Shown here: in pieces, positions 49,532 through 61,884 of the stretch
Position numbering within the stretch: the first letter of the stretch is position 1
Layout: every line of letters starts with the position of its first letter
NCBI GenBank assembly: GCA_016748015.1
Contig: JAAOMT010000436.1
Coordinates: forward strand, 300,703 to 364,702
DNA from: Geosiphon pyriformis uo1
Lineage: Eukaryota; Fungi; Glomeromycota
Direction: 5' to 3'
DNA length: 64,000 nt
Notes under the pieces: generated by a model
The model's database searches: none
Told to the model about the DNA's origin: nothing
What the model saw: only the letters and a program-made list of their open reading frames with translations
Program-made: the position numbers and the translations under genes

Positions 49532-51483
49532 ATGGAACCAGCGAGTTCATCTGCTGGTGGTTCTGGTTCTGGATCGACTGGGTTGGGGATCCGGTCTGGC
49601 ACCAAAAAAAAGGTGCAAGTTGAAAGTGTCTACTTTCGTGATCTGTCATATAAGAAACCTAGAAAACCTGAGGTTGCTGGTGGAGTTGTGGATTTGTCTG
49701 CTGGCCTTCTGCCAGCTGCTTTGTTACATTCGGGCAATAAAGAATATAAGGTATTTTAAGAAAGTGAAGTTGAAAATGACAAGTCAAGCATGAGTGGGGT
49801 GTCGGATATAGAGAATATGACAAACACTATTGCCGAAAAAACAAGCTATGCAGAATCTGGTAATGATGACAAAATGAACGAGGCTATGCTGAGAAAAACC
49901 CAGACCCGTACTTACGTGCTAGGCAAACCTCTGAAAGCTCCAACATTTGACTCCATGAGTGATAATGAGAATGCGCTTAATCTTCCATCTCCAAAAATGT
50001 TTAATAGCTCCAATCAGATGCCGTCTGTCAAGTCACGTGTTATGGAAAAGCAAAGCTTCGAGCCAGTAAAATCTTTCGCATTAGATATTGAGGTTTCGGC
50101 AGTATCTGAGAAGACAAATGTTGATAAGTTAATGGCAATTAAAAAAATCTTTTATCAAATTGATGGATTTGAGAGAGCTTCGACTCCCTCAAAATTTTCT
50201 GACATAATAAGATTTACATTCACTTCTGAATTAAGTTTGGGCAGGACAAAAGATATGGCAATCAATGAAAAAATTATGGTAAATAATGATCTCAGAAGAG
50301 TAAACAGTCATTCAAATCAGGAGGTGATAATCAAGAAGATCTCTGTTGATCTTCCCAAATTTGCAGTTGAGGTGGTGTTTTCTAAATTTGGAAAAATTGC
50401 GTCAATCAAGATGCAGCTTATTGGTCTTTGGCAAAAGGCCTTGGTGAAATTTGAATCATCGGAGGTAGCTGATTTGGTCACAGCTAGATAGTCTGTTCTT
50501 GTGGGAAAAGATTCTGTTTGTGTGGCAAAGGTTGTTGATGATAAACAATCATGGGTATCAAGGGATAAGTTTTGGGCTTTGTTGTATACTCTTCCAATTG
50601 GCACAACTGCTCATGATTTGTCTAAATTGGTGGAGGCTTATGGTGGGAAAACTTGTTTTATAGGCTGTAATCCAACTTTATATGTTTGTAATCAGTGTGC
50701 TGTAATTTGTTTTGAAAGTGAGACTTCCAAATTGGCTGCTATTGGTTTGGTTCTGGCCTTTAAGGGTGTGGGCTTGTGTTGGGCTGGTTTTTCTTTGGCC
50801 AGTTGTGCTCATTGCAAACTGTTTGGTCATACTGCTATTAATTGTTCTGTGAGTAGGGGTCTGGTGGTCATGGGAAATGTGCAGTGACTTCTTAAAATAG
50901 GGTGCAGTTGGCCAATATTTATAGAAAGAAGCAGGTGCCAATTGTTCGCCCAGTTTCTTTTAGTGGAAAGACATGGGCCCAAGTGGCAGGCAGCTCTTCC
51001 TCTCATGTTGTCTCTTCAGGTGCTTCTGGTGTTGGTTTGATCTCAGGTTCGAATGTTTTCTCAATGGATTTATCCTCGTCTGGTGCCATTGATTTGGGTG
51101 GTCGACTAGCTGTACTGGAACACTCTATGGAAATTCTCTCAGATCAGGTCTCACTCATTTTAAAGAAATTGAGTTTTGTTGACTTGGTGTCTTTGGTGCC
51201 CCTCCTCTCAGCTCTTCCTTTAGTGTCTTTAACTGCCGTTGTTTCAGATATGGACTTAAGTTTGGCTTTGGATAGTACGTTGTCATCATCTGCCTCCTCT
51301 CTTCCCAATATTGGTGAGTCATTTGTTGACTTCAGTCCAAGCAGTTCTAAGGTTCTGATTGCCAAGATTAGTGGTTTGAAGTCGAATATAATGGCTCTGG
51401 AGGCTTTAATTCGCTCAGTTTTAGGTAGATTAGATTATTTGCATTCTGAATCGGGTTTGTCAGCTCTTCCTTTGCCTCAATAA
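49532..51483 (+). pseudogene. LINE ORF1 (RRM-like domains + CCHC)
   Basis: VFSKFGKIASIK..ALVKFES, LYTLPIGTTAHDL, CAHCKLFGHTAINC; several stops and a frameshift. Confidence 0.88.
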
Positions 51484-54400
51484 GTAGTTTGGTTTGGAAA
51501 TGTGCTACGTGCAACGTTCGGGGTATCAATGTTCCTGTGAAGCAAGCAGATGTTGTTCGTTGGTATGTGAACTCAGGAAACATGGTTTCTTTTATCACTG
51601 AAACAAAGTTGAGGTCCTCTTCTGGGCCATGGGTAAAAGATAAATTTAATGGAGTGTAAATCTTTTCTTTGGGATTAGATAAAGGTTTTATGGGTGCTGG
51701 AGTTGCAATTATTATGAACGTTTCTTTGGCTCGTTATGTATCTAAGGTGGAGGAGATTTCTGGTTGGGTTGTTTCTGTTCGGCTCTTGTTTAAGAGCAAG
51801 CTCTCGGTTACTGTTTTGGGGTTGTATGCTGGTGTCTCTTCTGAGACTAGGTTTGGTCAGGCTTCTGAAGTTAACTCTCTCATTGCAAAGGCTGTCAACT
51901 CCAGCAATTTTGTTATCTTGGGTGGGGACTTTAATGAGAATGGATCTGGTAAAAGTGCTAGTTTCAAGTTTTGTTTGAGTTTGGGTTTAGTCAATTCATT
52001 TGTTGGTTATTATTTGACTGATTCTCATACATGGAGCAATTTAAGAGGGGTTGGAAAAATGATTGATTACATTTTTGTTAGTGGTAATTTGTCTTCTGCT
52101 GTTGCTGGTCATCAAATTGTTTCTGTTTCAGGTTTCTTTAACACCGATCACAGGGCAGTTGTGGTTTCAGTCAGTTTGGGTGGACTTTTGGATGTACAAT
52201 TGAATAGTTTGCACAAGCAGGCAAATAAAGATTGTTGGAAGTTTAAAATCAAGAATGCTGACTGTGCTGGATGGGCTAAGTTTAAGGATTTTTCTTCAGC
52301 AAAACTCTTGTCTTTGGATGAGGTGTTCTCTGGTGCTGAAATGCGTGGTAATGTGGATGCTATGTGGGCAGTTTTGGTGAGGGCTGTGGTAGATTCTGCT
52401 GATGTGACATTTTTGAGGCATTGGTTTAGTAAATTCGAGTGTTCAAGAAACAAACATTCTTCTAGGTTTTTTGGTCTAGAATTGTTGGTGGCCAAGATTG
52501 TTAAAAAATTTTGCTTGGGTGACTTGCTGGGTACTAATCGTCTTGTGGGTAAATGGTTGACTCTGGATGATGTGAAGACTTGTGCTTTCAAGGACTTGGT
52601 TGGCTCGGAAGTTATATCTGATGTTGTTGTTAGGCATTTGTCATTGGTTCGCAGAGATTATAGGAGGTCGAAGATGTTTGAGTCGAGATTGGCTAAGGAA
52701 GCTTTGGTTAGGAAAGCAATTAAGAAGCGCATGGATAATTTCTGTTCAGATAAGGGTAGTATGATTAGGAGTGTATTGGAAAAGCCTTTTCGCAAGGTGG
52801 TATTGGATCACTTGATAGTTGATGATAATCTGGTTTTATTGCCTGAAGAGGTGAAGTCAAGCATGGATAAGATAATGGAGGGGTGGACAAGGAAATGCTC
52901 TGTGCAGTTAATGCTTCCTGATCTTTGGGCTCGTCAGTACGTGCCTTTAGACTATGTTCAGGATGATGCCTTTTCAGGTGTTATGAGTGCAATCAGTATG
53001 GGCGAGTTATTTTCTGTTGTTGGTAGTCTGCCTGATGGCAAGGCTGCTAGTTTGTTTGGTGTTCTTAATAAGTTGTGGAAACATGGTGGTGAGGTGGTTT
53101 TGGGGTGCCTGTTAGTGCTGTTTAATAAGTGTTTGTCTGTTGGTGTGGTGCCTGTTTTGTGGAAGAGGGCTTGGGTGTCAATGATTCCTAAGCTTTATGA
53201 CTGGGATGGGGTTCTTACAAACACTCAGCCCATTGCTTTGATTGAGACTGCCAGGAAGATTCTTTCCAAGGTTCTGTCTAATCGTATTTTAATGGCTTGT
53301 AGCAAGTTCAACGTTTTTCAAGATGACAATTTTTTGGTGCTAAAGGGTACATCCACACAATCTCCAGTGTTTGCTGTCAGTTCGGTAATTGAGGATACTA
53401 TTGAGAAGAATAGGGAGTTATGATTGGTTTTACAAGATATGCGGAAAGCTTATGATTCAATTGGATGGCATCATTTAAGGGCTAGTTTGCAGCGTGTTAA
53501 GATGTGTGAGAGGTTCATAAGGTTTTTTGGTGGTATTCATGAGGATAGAGTTAATAGAGTAATGACTGATTTTGGTTTGTCTGGTGGTTATAAGGTACAT
53601 AATGGGCTGGATCAGGGTGAGGTCTTTTTACCGCTTCTATAGAGAATTTTTTACGATCCACTTTTGTGTGAGGTTAAGAGGCATGAACAATTGTGTGGGT
53701 ACTGGATTAATACTAAGTTTGTTTCAAAGTCTGGCAGAATTGAGAGCAGTAGTGATTTGACATCATATTTTTTGGCTGATACATTTGTTGATGATACAAT
53801 CTGGGTTGGGAATTGTCAGGCTTCTACTTAATATGCTCTGAACATTGCCAGTGAATTTTTTGTAATCAATGATATTTCTATTAACAATGAGAAAATGGTA
53901 GCTATTCTCATTAATCAGGGTGTTAAAGTTGCTTCACTGAGCATTTGCAGTCAGCTGATTTCTATTGCCAAAAAAAAGGAAGCACATCGGTATCTAAGTA
54001 TTTTTCTGTCAACCGAGAGGCTCTCCAAGCCAAGTGTTGTTAAGACTCATGCAGATATGCATTTCTTTATCAATGTTGTGCTTAGGAAAGCTATTACAGA
54101 CAAACAGTTCTTCTATCTGGTGTCAGCTGTTTTACAGCCTATTGTTAGCTATTGTATTTAGTTCAGTTTTGTCCCTTTTAATGTTTGTCACAAGTGTGAT
54201 GTCTTAATTAGAAAGAATTTTAGGTCTAAGGCTTGTCTCCCCTGTGATTTTCCTGACGCTGCTTTGCATCATCCCTCATTATATGGCCTGAAGCCTTTTG
54301 AGCAGATGCAGTCAGAGGAGAAGGTTGCTGCTCTGATAATGTTCTCTAATGCCTTTGGTATTCTTGGGCGTTTGTTTAAACATAGGTTTTTGGATCTGCT

Positions 54401-56154
54401 GGGCTCCTTTGGATCCTTTGCAGTTTCTGGTCAGGTTGCATGTTAGTCCAGTGAACAATTTTTTGGCTGGGATGGTAAAGATTTTGTTGGGCAATGAGCT
54501 TTCTTTGATAAACAACCTCCTCACTGCATTTCGTAGTCCTGGTTATTTTCCGTTGTCCTCTATTCTTGGAAAGTCTCTGTATTTTGATTCGGTCAAATCT
54601 TTTAGATGCTTTGGTATCATTTTTGATAATCGGCTTTTTGATAAAAAAGGTGTTTTGTTAGATTGGAAAACTTTTCATCATTGGAAGAGACTAGATCTGC
54701 GTGGCCCTGTGCCTCATTGGTTCTTGGTTTCTTCTGAGTTTTTAAGGAATTAGGGTTGTTCATTTTCTGGTCCTATTGGCTCTGCGAAAAAGCTTGGTTT
54801 GGACATTTTGGAGTCTGGGGAATTTTCTGTGGTAAAAGATGGATTGCATGACATTTGGTCAGACTTTTTTGAAGTTTTTACGGATGGGTCTTTGAGGAAT
54901 GCAGGCTCTGCTGAGGTCATCTATGGTGCTGCTGTATACTTTTCAGTCTTGGATAAGAGCATTGGTATTGCTGTTAGTGGCTTTTTGTCGTCTACTATAG
55001 CTGAATTGCAGACTGTTGCTTTGGCTTTGGAGTGTGTTCCTTTTTCAAGTACTGTGGTGTTATGTCTTGACAGCCAGGCTGCTATTGATGCATGTGTGTC
55101 TGAAATGTCTTTGGTCACTCCTGATTTCCATAATCAATGCTGGCTGGAAAGGCATCATATTTTCAATTTGGTCAGGGATAAGGATCTTAGTGTGAGTTGG
55201 GTTAAGATAAAAAGCCACTCTGGGATTCATGGTAATGTGGAAGCTGACTTGGCTGCTGGGGCTGCCTCTGGATCTTCCTTTTCCCTTTGTGCCAATGTGC
55301 GTGAACATTTTTTGGTTGCTGAGAGTGTTGCTATTTCTGGTAATGCCCGTCATTTTGTTAGGAATATTTTTCAGTCTGTTTGTTGTGCTTGTTGGGAAGC
55401 TGGGCCTGGTTGTGATGTGGTTCCGGACGTGATGATTGGTTGCATAGACTGGGTTGTCACAGCTAAGGTGTGGCATCTTAATTCTCATATGCTCACTGGG
55501 TTCACTAGCTGGGTATCCTCAATGCTTCACACTTATATTATGAAGGCCGTGCACAGAAGATTGCTAGTGGCAGTAAGAAAAAGGTTGTATAATAAGCACT
55601 ACCCTAGTGTATTATGTTTGTTTTGTGGTGGGGTGGAGTTCTCTGACCACACTTTTACTTGTGTTCATGAGTCTGGCATTCGTGGTAAGATTTTGGCTGA
55701 GGCTTCTGCCCATTGATCAGCTTTGGCTGGCAGTTCCCCTGCTTTTGCCGTGTTGCAAGTTTTGTTTCAATGTTCCTTTGATGTTGGGTTGTACACTTTG
55801 GTTTGCAAAAAGTTTGTGCTGGGAGAGTGGTATGAGGAAGCTTGCAGTATTTTTGAGGATAGGAAGATGGCAGCTACTCAGATTGTTAATTATGTTAGGT
55901 TCATGGTTGAGTTACATTGTGCTAAAGCGTGGTTGGCTAGGGCCAGCCACCAGGTAGTGATGGAGAAGGCTAGTCTGGTTTGTGATGGTGGTGTTGTTTC
56001 TGGGCTCTCTTGCAGTGTGTCTTCAGTTTTGTCTGATGGTGTTGTAAGATTGCTTGGTGTGGCCAATTCTTTTGCTGTTAGCTTTGGTCATCGGAAGCCT
56101 TATTGTTTCTTTTTTGGTCTGGGTGGCAATGTACAGGTTATTATAGGTGTGTAG
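51480..56154 (+). pseudogene. LINE ORF2: AP endonuclease, RT, RNase H, C-terminal CCHC
   Basis: ATCNVRG, GDFN, IDYIF, TDH; QDMRKAYD, GLDQG, FVDD; FTDGS, AELQ, LDSQ, SHSGIHGNVEAD; CLFC..DHTFTC. Confidence 0.95.
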
Positions 56155-56305
56155 TGTTGCCTTGTCTGGCCTGAATGGCTAGCCACATGTAGAAAATGCG
56201 TGAATCGCATTTAGTTTGAGCCTCTTAGTTTGGTTCTATGTACTAGATAGTAATTGGGCTACATTCATTAAATGTGTTAAATAAAAAAAAAATAATAAAA
56301 ACAAT

Positions 56306-56690
56306 ATAAAAAACAAATTTTTTTTAATTAACAAAAAAAATTTTAATATTATTTTTGATTATTAAAACTAATTAACAGCCAAAAACAGTTTTATTAATTT
56401 TAAAAGACTTAAAATATACAATAAAATATTATTATAAACTAATAAATTTTAATTTTATATTAAAAACTTTACCAAAAATATTAAAAAGATTTAAAATCAA
56501 TAAATTTTATATAGAAATTAAAACACAAATTTAAAATAAACCAACTTAATATTAGCAGTTTTATTAAATAATAAAATAAAAATTATTTATTTAAAAATTT
56601 TTAATAATTAATAATTGTTTTTTAAATATTATTAAAACTAATAATGTATTTAAAAAACAAAAAAAGAGAAACTATTTTAGTTTACTTTTT
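56306..56690 (-). mobile_element. Ghost LINE ORF1 (continues at ~49030-49393), the insertion site of the intact LINE
   Basis: Minus strand reads FGKVFNIKLKFISL..YFIVYFKS and, across the TSD, SFKISN, matching the ORF1 RRM blocks. Confidence 0.6.
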
Positions 56691-56692
56691 AA

Positions 56693-56783
56693 AATAATAA
56701 CAACAACGACAATAATAATAATAATAATAATATATTATTATTATTATTATTATTATTATTGTTGTTGTTGTTATTGTTATTGT
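56693..56783. repeat. Inverted (AAC/AAT)n-(ATT/GTT)n microsatellite
   Basis: Directly visible near-palindrome centred at ~56732. Confidence 0.85.
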
Positions 56784-57611
56784 TTTTTTGAGAAATTTAT
56801 TTTGATAATATGACTATCAATAAATTCTTATTTTATTAACAAAAATCCAATTGTATTAATTAATATTTTTCTATAAATTTTACATAAGTGTAAAATGATT
56901 TTATGATTTAATTCTTAAAATTGGATTTTAAATTGAATTGCATTTAGCATTTATAGGCTGTATGATGACGTATTACCCGAGATGCTGCAATTAATAAATT
57001 GCTCTACATGGCAAAACCACGCGTAATACTCGAGATTTCATTTTATTGATTCTCCTCAGTAATACACACACATTAAAAAAATATGGTTAGCACAAAGAAA
57101 TTAAAAATTTCAAGAATTTCATTTCATGCTAATAGGTATCGTACTACTACATGCACATTCGGTAGAACCTATTCGACACCTTCAACTTTCAACTCGCAGC
57201 TCTTTGCTGAGTTTCCCTTGTTGCCTTCCTTTCTTTGGTTTGCAAATCTATAGCACATTTTTGTTGCCTTCTTCCCTCTTTCATTCCCTCTTTCATTCCC
57301 TTTCCACTCACCTTTTACTCACTTTTCGTAAACCAATTTCTTTTCTTGTTTCGTTATCTTCAACACGCTCGTTTCCTCTTATCAAAGTAAACAAAACATA
57401 AACAACGCATATACCCTATCTTTATTTTCTTCCCCTCCATATCTTTTCACTTCTTCCGAGCGTATTTGGATAGAAGTAAATGCTGTGCATTTCCTGTTAA
57501 CGAAATAAGGAACGAAAATCTACCTCGTGCTCAAATTATGATTTAAAAGTCAAAGAGTGTAGAATATAGAAATTTTGTATTTTTTGTAAATTATTTAAGT
57601 AAAATAAAGAA

Positions 57612-60436
57612 ATGGTTTCTCCAGTTTTATTTGATTCGGGTCATCGGCACCTTAAGAGGCAAAAGGGTAAGGATTTTTGTATTTTTTCTCGTGGCCAAGT
57701 ACAGCTTTTAGTGGGTGCGCTCTTGAAATATGATATATATTAATACACAAATTTTTTACATTTACAAAAATAGCCACAACTCGTACGATTTCAACCTCAA
57801 CCAAAAAATCGACCTCAACTAACAACTCAAGTTCTCGTGGATCCGCCAATAATGGTGCAGATAAAATACCTACAACGGCAAAAGCCAAGGCAGAGGGAAC
57901 TCCTCTTCCAACTAATAATAATAATAATAATAGCAGTAAATTACAACATTCTTCAGCTACATCGAAAATAGACCCAACAAGCTCATCTGTTTCCACCAAG
58001 ACCCCTTCTGTAACTGCTGGTGCTTCATCTAACAATTCTAAATCGCCGGGAGGTGGTGCATATGCAGGTATTGGCATAGGTATAATATTTGTACTTGGGC
58101 TTGTTGGATTGTTCATACGACGTAAAATGAAAGGCGCTTCTCAGTTTAATACACGTAGTACTAATTTTACGACAGATTCTGATGAAAAACACAGATGGAA
58201 CAACGATGGCTCTCCTAGTCATTCACCTGGGATGGGCTCAATAGCTTCTTATAGTAGTCAAAGAGTGTATAGTGATAGTTCTCCCCTTATTCAACCAAAG
58301 GAGTCTATCACTTACTCAAATGGATCAACAGTTCAATCGCTATTCACAACATATTCCAAACCCGTTCCAATAGAGCCACCAGAAATGATTCATGTTAGAA
58401 ATAGTGTTCACACAAGCGAAATAATTTCCTTTTCTGAACCTGTTACCTATGGAGATATTAGTCTAAACTCTGATCTTATTAAACCTCCGGCACAGTCTGA
58501 AGATATAGTCGATAAAAGTCCTGCCCAAACCAGATTTTCTATACAATGGCTGAAAAGCCAGCCACTGTTTAATTTTGCGAAAAATACTAGTAATGATCGA
58601 CACAATTCAGTAAAAAGCAATTTTTCATATCCGCCCCCGAAACTTAACTCGGGATCCAGCAATTTTCCCGATTCGAATGATTCTTGTAATTATAAGCGAG
58701 TCTCTTCACAATCTTATTTTCTCAAAGTTCAAGATGATGCTTTTAAAACGATTCCTCTGAGTGAAGGCGCCCATATTCCGCCAATTCCAAGAATTCCTCC
58801 TCTTTTCTTTGGCAATGAAGATAGTGAAGACACAATGGATTCTTCGATTAATATCCAAACCTCGGACTCGGAAATCAATCAAACTCAAGATGATATCATT
58901 CGAACTTCGTATGTGGTGCCAATAGATCTTAAAATAGCTCAAAATTCTGAGACCTATAAAGTACCCTTGAATCTGGGAATTTCTCCAAGTCGTCCTGCTT
59001 CACATCCCCTCGATAATTTAGAGGAAGTATTATCTCAGTACAACTTCACTGGAAATGATTCTTTTATTAAAAACACTGTAAACCAACCGGCATCAGATTC
59101 TACTAGCTTTTCCGATTCTACATCAAAACGAAGCTCAAATAATTTGGAAAGATGGTCACAACCACTTTCTATATTATCCATCCCAACCACCATCGATGAT
59201 AATCAAGACGAAGATACATTGACACAGTCCAATCTTACATTAAAGAGAGTTAGGATTCTCGAGAACACAAAACCAATAAAAACCTCAATCTTATTGGAGA
59301 AATCTAAAAAGGGGAATGGAATTCACCAAAGCCCAGGGATAATTGAGGGACCGAATGTCGATTCTCAAAGCTCAAGTAAAATAAAGACGGAGAAAACCGA
59401 TTCTCAGGTTCCATATAAAATAAACATCGAGAATTCTGGACTTGCAAACCCAAATAATCAAAAAACCGAGAATATCGGATATGGGAACTCGGATAAAATT
59501 CAAAAACTTCAGAATGTATACCGCCAAAGCTTGGACAAAAAGGTACTAGGAAATGCTGAGCTTGGAAACTTGAATAAAACAGTTAGCTCGGAAAATGATG
59601 AACCTAAATGGAAATCTGATTTAAGAGGTTCAAATAAAAAATCGAATCTTGAAGATGTTCAAAGCCAAGACAAAAAAGATTGGGTTTTAAATAAACCAAA
59701 TGGAAAAGTTCCAAAGCCTCTTAATGAGTTAGCTCAAAGAGTAAACAATCTTCCAACATCAACCCCAGTGACACCCACAAGTCCTCGGCTACCGCCCATT
59801 AGAAAACCTACTAATGCGAATGGAATAGTGAATGCAGCGATCAAAAAGTTTGAAGATGTTTCAAATAAGCCACCCCCAATCAAAGATAATATCCCTAAAA
59901 GATTATCACCAATAATCTCATTAGGAATTAATAAAAACAAAACTTTTGATGTACCTTTACATCGGGATACTTCGCCGAGCCTAAAGAATGATAATGGGAA
60001 TCAAAAACAGCCCTTGTTGGTTTTACCTTCCACCTTGGTAACTTCATCCTATAGAAGCGAATTCGAAGAACCAAGTATCAATCTCAGGCAATCCCCAACA
60101 GAAGGTAATTTTGATTTGAGACTCGAACGAGATTCAGAACCAATAAACAGCATCCCCCCAAATGAATCTCCTACAACTTTCATATCTGGTCAAGGACCGA
60201 CGACACCAGATATTAGCATAGAAGCTGATGTTTCCTCTGGAGATTTTTCTCCAAGAAATGATAAATCTGCTGAAACTACTCCATCATCATCTACCTCTTT
60301 ATCCATTGGGACAGAATCTCTCCCGAAGTCACACCGAAATCCAACATTGAGTTTGTTGTCTATATATGATTATTCTGTTTCTGAGAATACAGATAATGAT
60401 CGAAGTGAGACAGCAAGTGGATATATCGGGTCATAA
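57612..60436 (+). CDS. Single-pass membrane protein: Ser/Thr-rich ectodomain, TM helix, long disordered cytoplasmic tail (~905 aa; exons 57612-57666, 57774-60436)
   Basis: GTAAGG..TAG phase-1 intron joins in frame; TM AYAGIGIGIIFVLGLVGLFI followed by RRKMK; architecture like fungal Mid2/Skg6-type surface sensors. Confidence 0.8.
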
Positions 60437-61310
60437 AAAAATTTTTCATCGTAAATTAAAGGAATAATAGGTTTCACTTTTGAATACCTGATTAATAGTG
60501 ATATAGATATATTTAAAATGAATACAATGATCATAATATTATAAACAAGTATTATCATTTTTATTGATTTTTATCGCATCTAAATATAATAAGGGCTATG
60601 GCTCTCAGCTGAATAAAAAAAATCAATAAACAACTGTCCATAACAGTTGACCGAATTCCAGACAACGCAGAAATTATGAATCTAATTATTCCACTATAAA
60701 AAGAAACTAGAACGTAATAAAAAAAATTATTTAATCATTCTTTCACCCGTAATTAAATATTGGTCTTTGAATGAGTATCTTAACTATTTAAAGATCCACT
60801 GGTTACAGACCATAATATAACCTACGTACCCTAATATTTTTTTGTGTTCTTTAATAATCTTAATAAACAATTTGACCTTTTTAGGGGTTTACATACCTCG
60901 CGATCGCACTTTAGCCATTTTTACAATAAAAAATTAATCACATCTTCAATTGGAAAGGTAAAAACATCATCTTTTCTCAGCCGGAACACCATTTTTCGAT
61001 GGATTTGAATTTTACGAATTCTTTTCTGATTATCAAAGGTGGAAAAGATTTCTTCCATGAACCTGATTGTCAGAATGATCATTTTTTATAACATATAATA
61101 TATTACGTTTTTAGAACGAAAAAGGTATAAATTTCTTAAAATGGATTTGTAATGATAAAAATTAAGTTAACTGATATTACTTTTATTCTTGATTACCTTA
61201 AAATATAAATTAATTTTTATATTTCAATGAATAATAATAATAATAATAATATATATATTTTTATTGTTTAAAACCTATGATGTAATAAACATAGCTCATG
61301 CTTTTTTTCT

Positions 61311-61336
61311 CCACGTGACCAGCCACCTGAGCCAAT
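61311..61336 (+). promoter_or_regulatory. Possible E-box (CACGTG) + CCAAT upstream of the Rab5 gene
   Basis: CCACGTGACC..GCCAATC in a GC patch within AT-rich intergenic DNA; motif match only. Confidence 0.3.
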
Positions 61337-61884
61337 CAAAACCGCACTATTCTATTTTTAACCATCTAATAATAACAATAATTATTATTATTATTAAAAA
61401 AAACCAATTAATGTTTATTATATATTTTTATTAAATAATTCACATTGAAAATCATTTATATATTACAAAAAAATTGCTTCCATTTATTTTGCCCAAAAAG
61501 CCAATAAGAATAAAAAAATAAATACAAACAATGAAAGAAAAATCAATCAACCTACAGTTGTAAAGTCATTTGATGATCAACAGGTAAAGTTTAATTAAGC
61601 CAAGCGGCGCAACTAGTTAACTGTAAGTCATACAACAATCATTTAGCTCGGTAAATGTTAGTTTCAAGCTTTAAAAGAGATTTTTTTACTCTTATTGGCC
61701 CGCTGTAAATTTACAAAAACAGCCAAACTCCTCTATTTTAGTTGCCCTCGCTATTTCACCTTTCTTAGTGTTGCCCGAACAAATAAGATAAACGACCTTT
61801 CAATACAATATATTTCTCCGTTACTACTCTAAAACAAATTCAATTTAGTAAATAATAGCAAATACTCAAACAAAAAGAATAACC

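Larger units (their letters stand above)
49409..56290 (+). mobile_element. Full-length LINE (APE-RT-RNase H-CCHC), poly(A) tail, candidate 15-bp TSD
   Basis: ORF1 and ORF2, 3' UTR, A tail; AATATTAAAAACAAT (49394-49408) vs AATAATAAAAACAAT (56291-56305). Confidence 0.93.

Noticed and set aside
56966-57024. CRE-like TGACGT and MCB ACGCGT motifs upstream of the membrane-protein gene
   Set aside because: Single hexamer matches without independent support
57652-58116. Minus-strand 154-aa ORF and the many short antisense ORFs over TEs and LTRs
   Set aside because: Shadows of real coding frames or of repeat arrays
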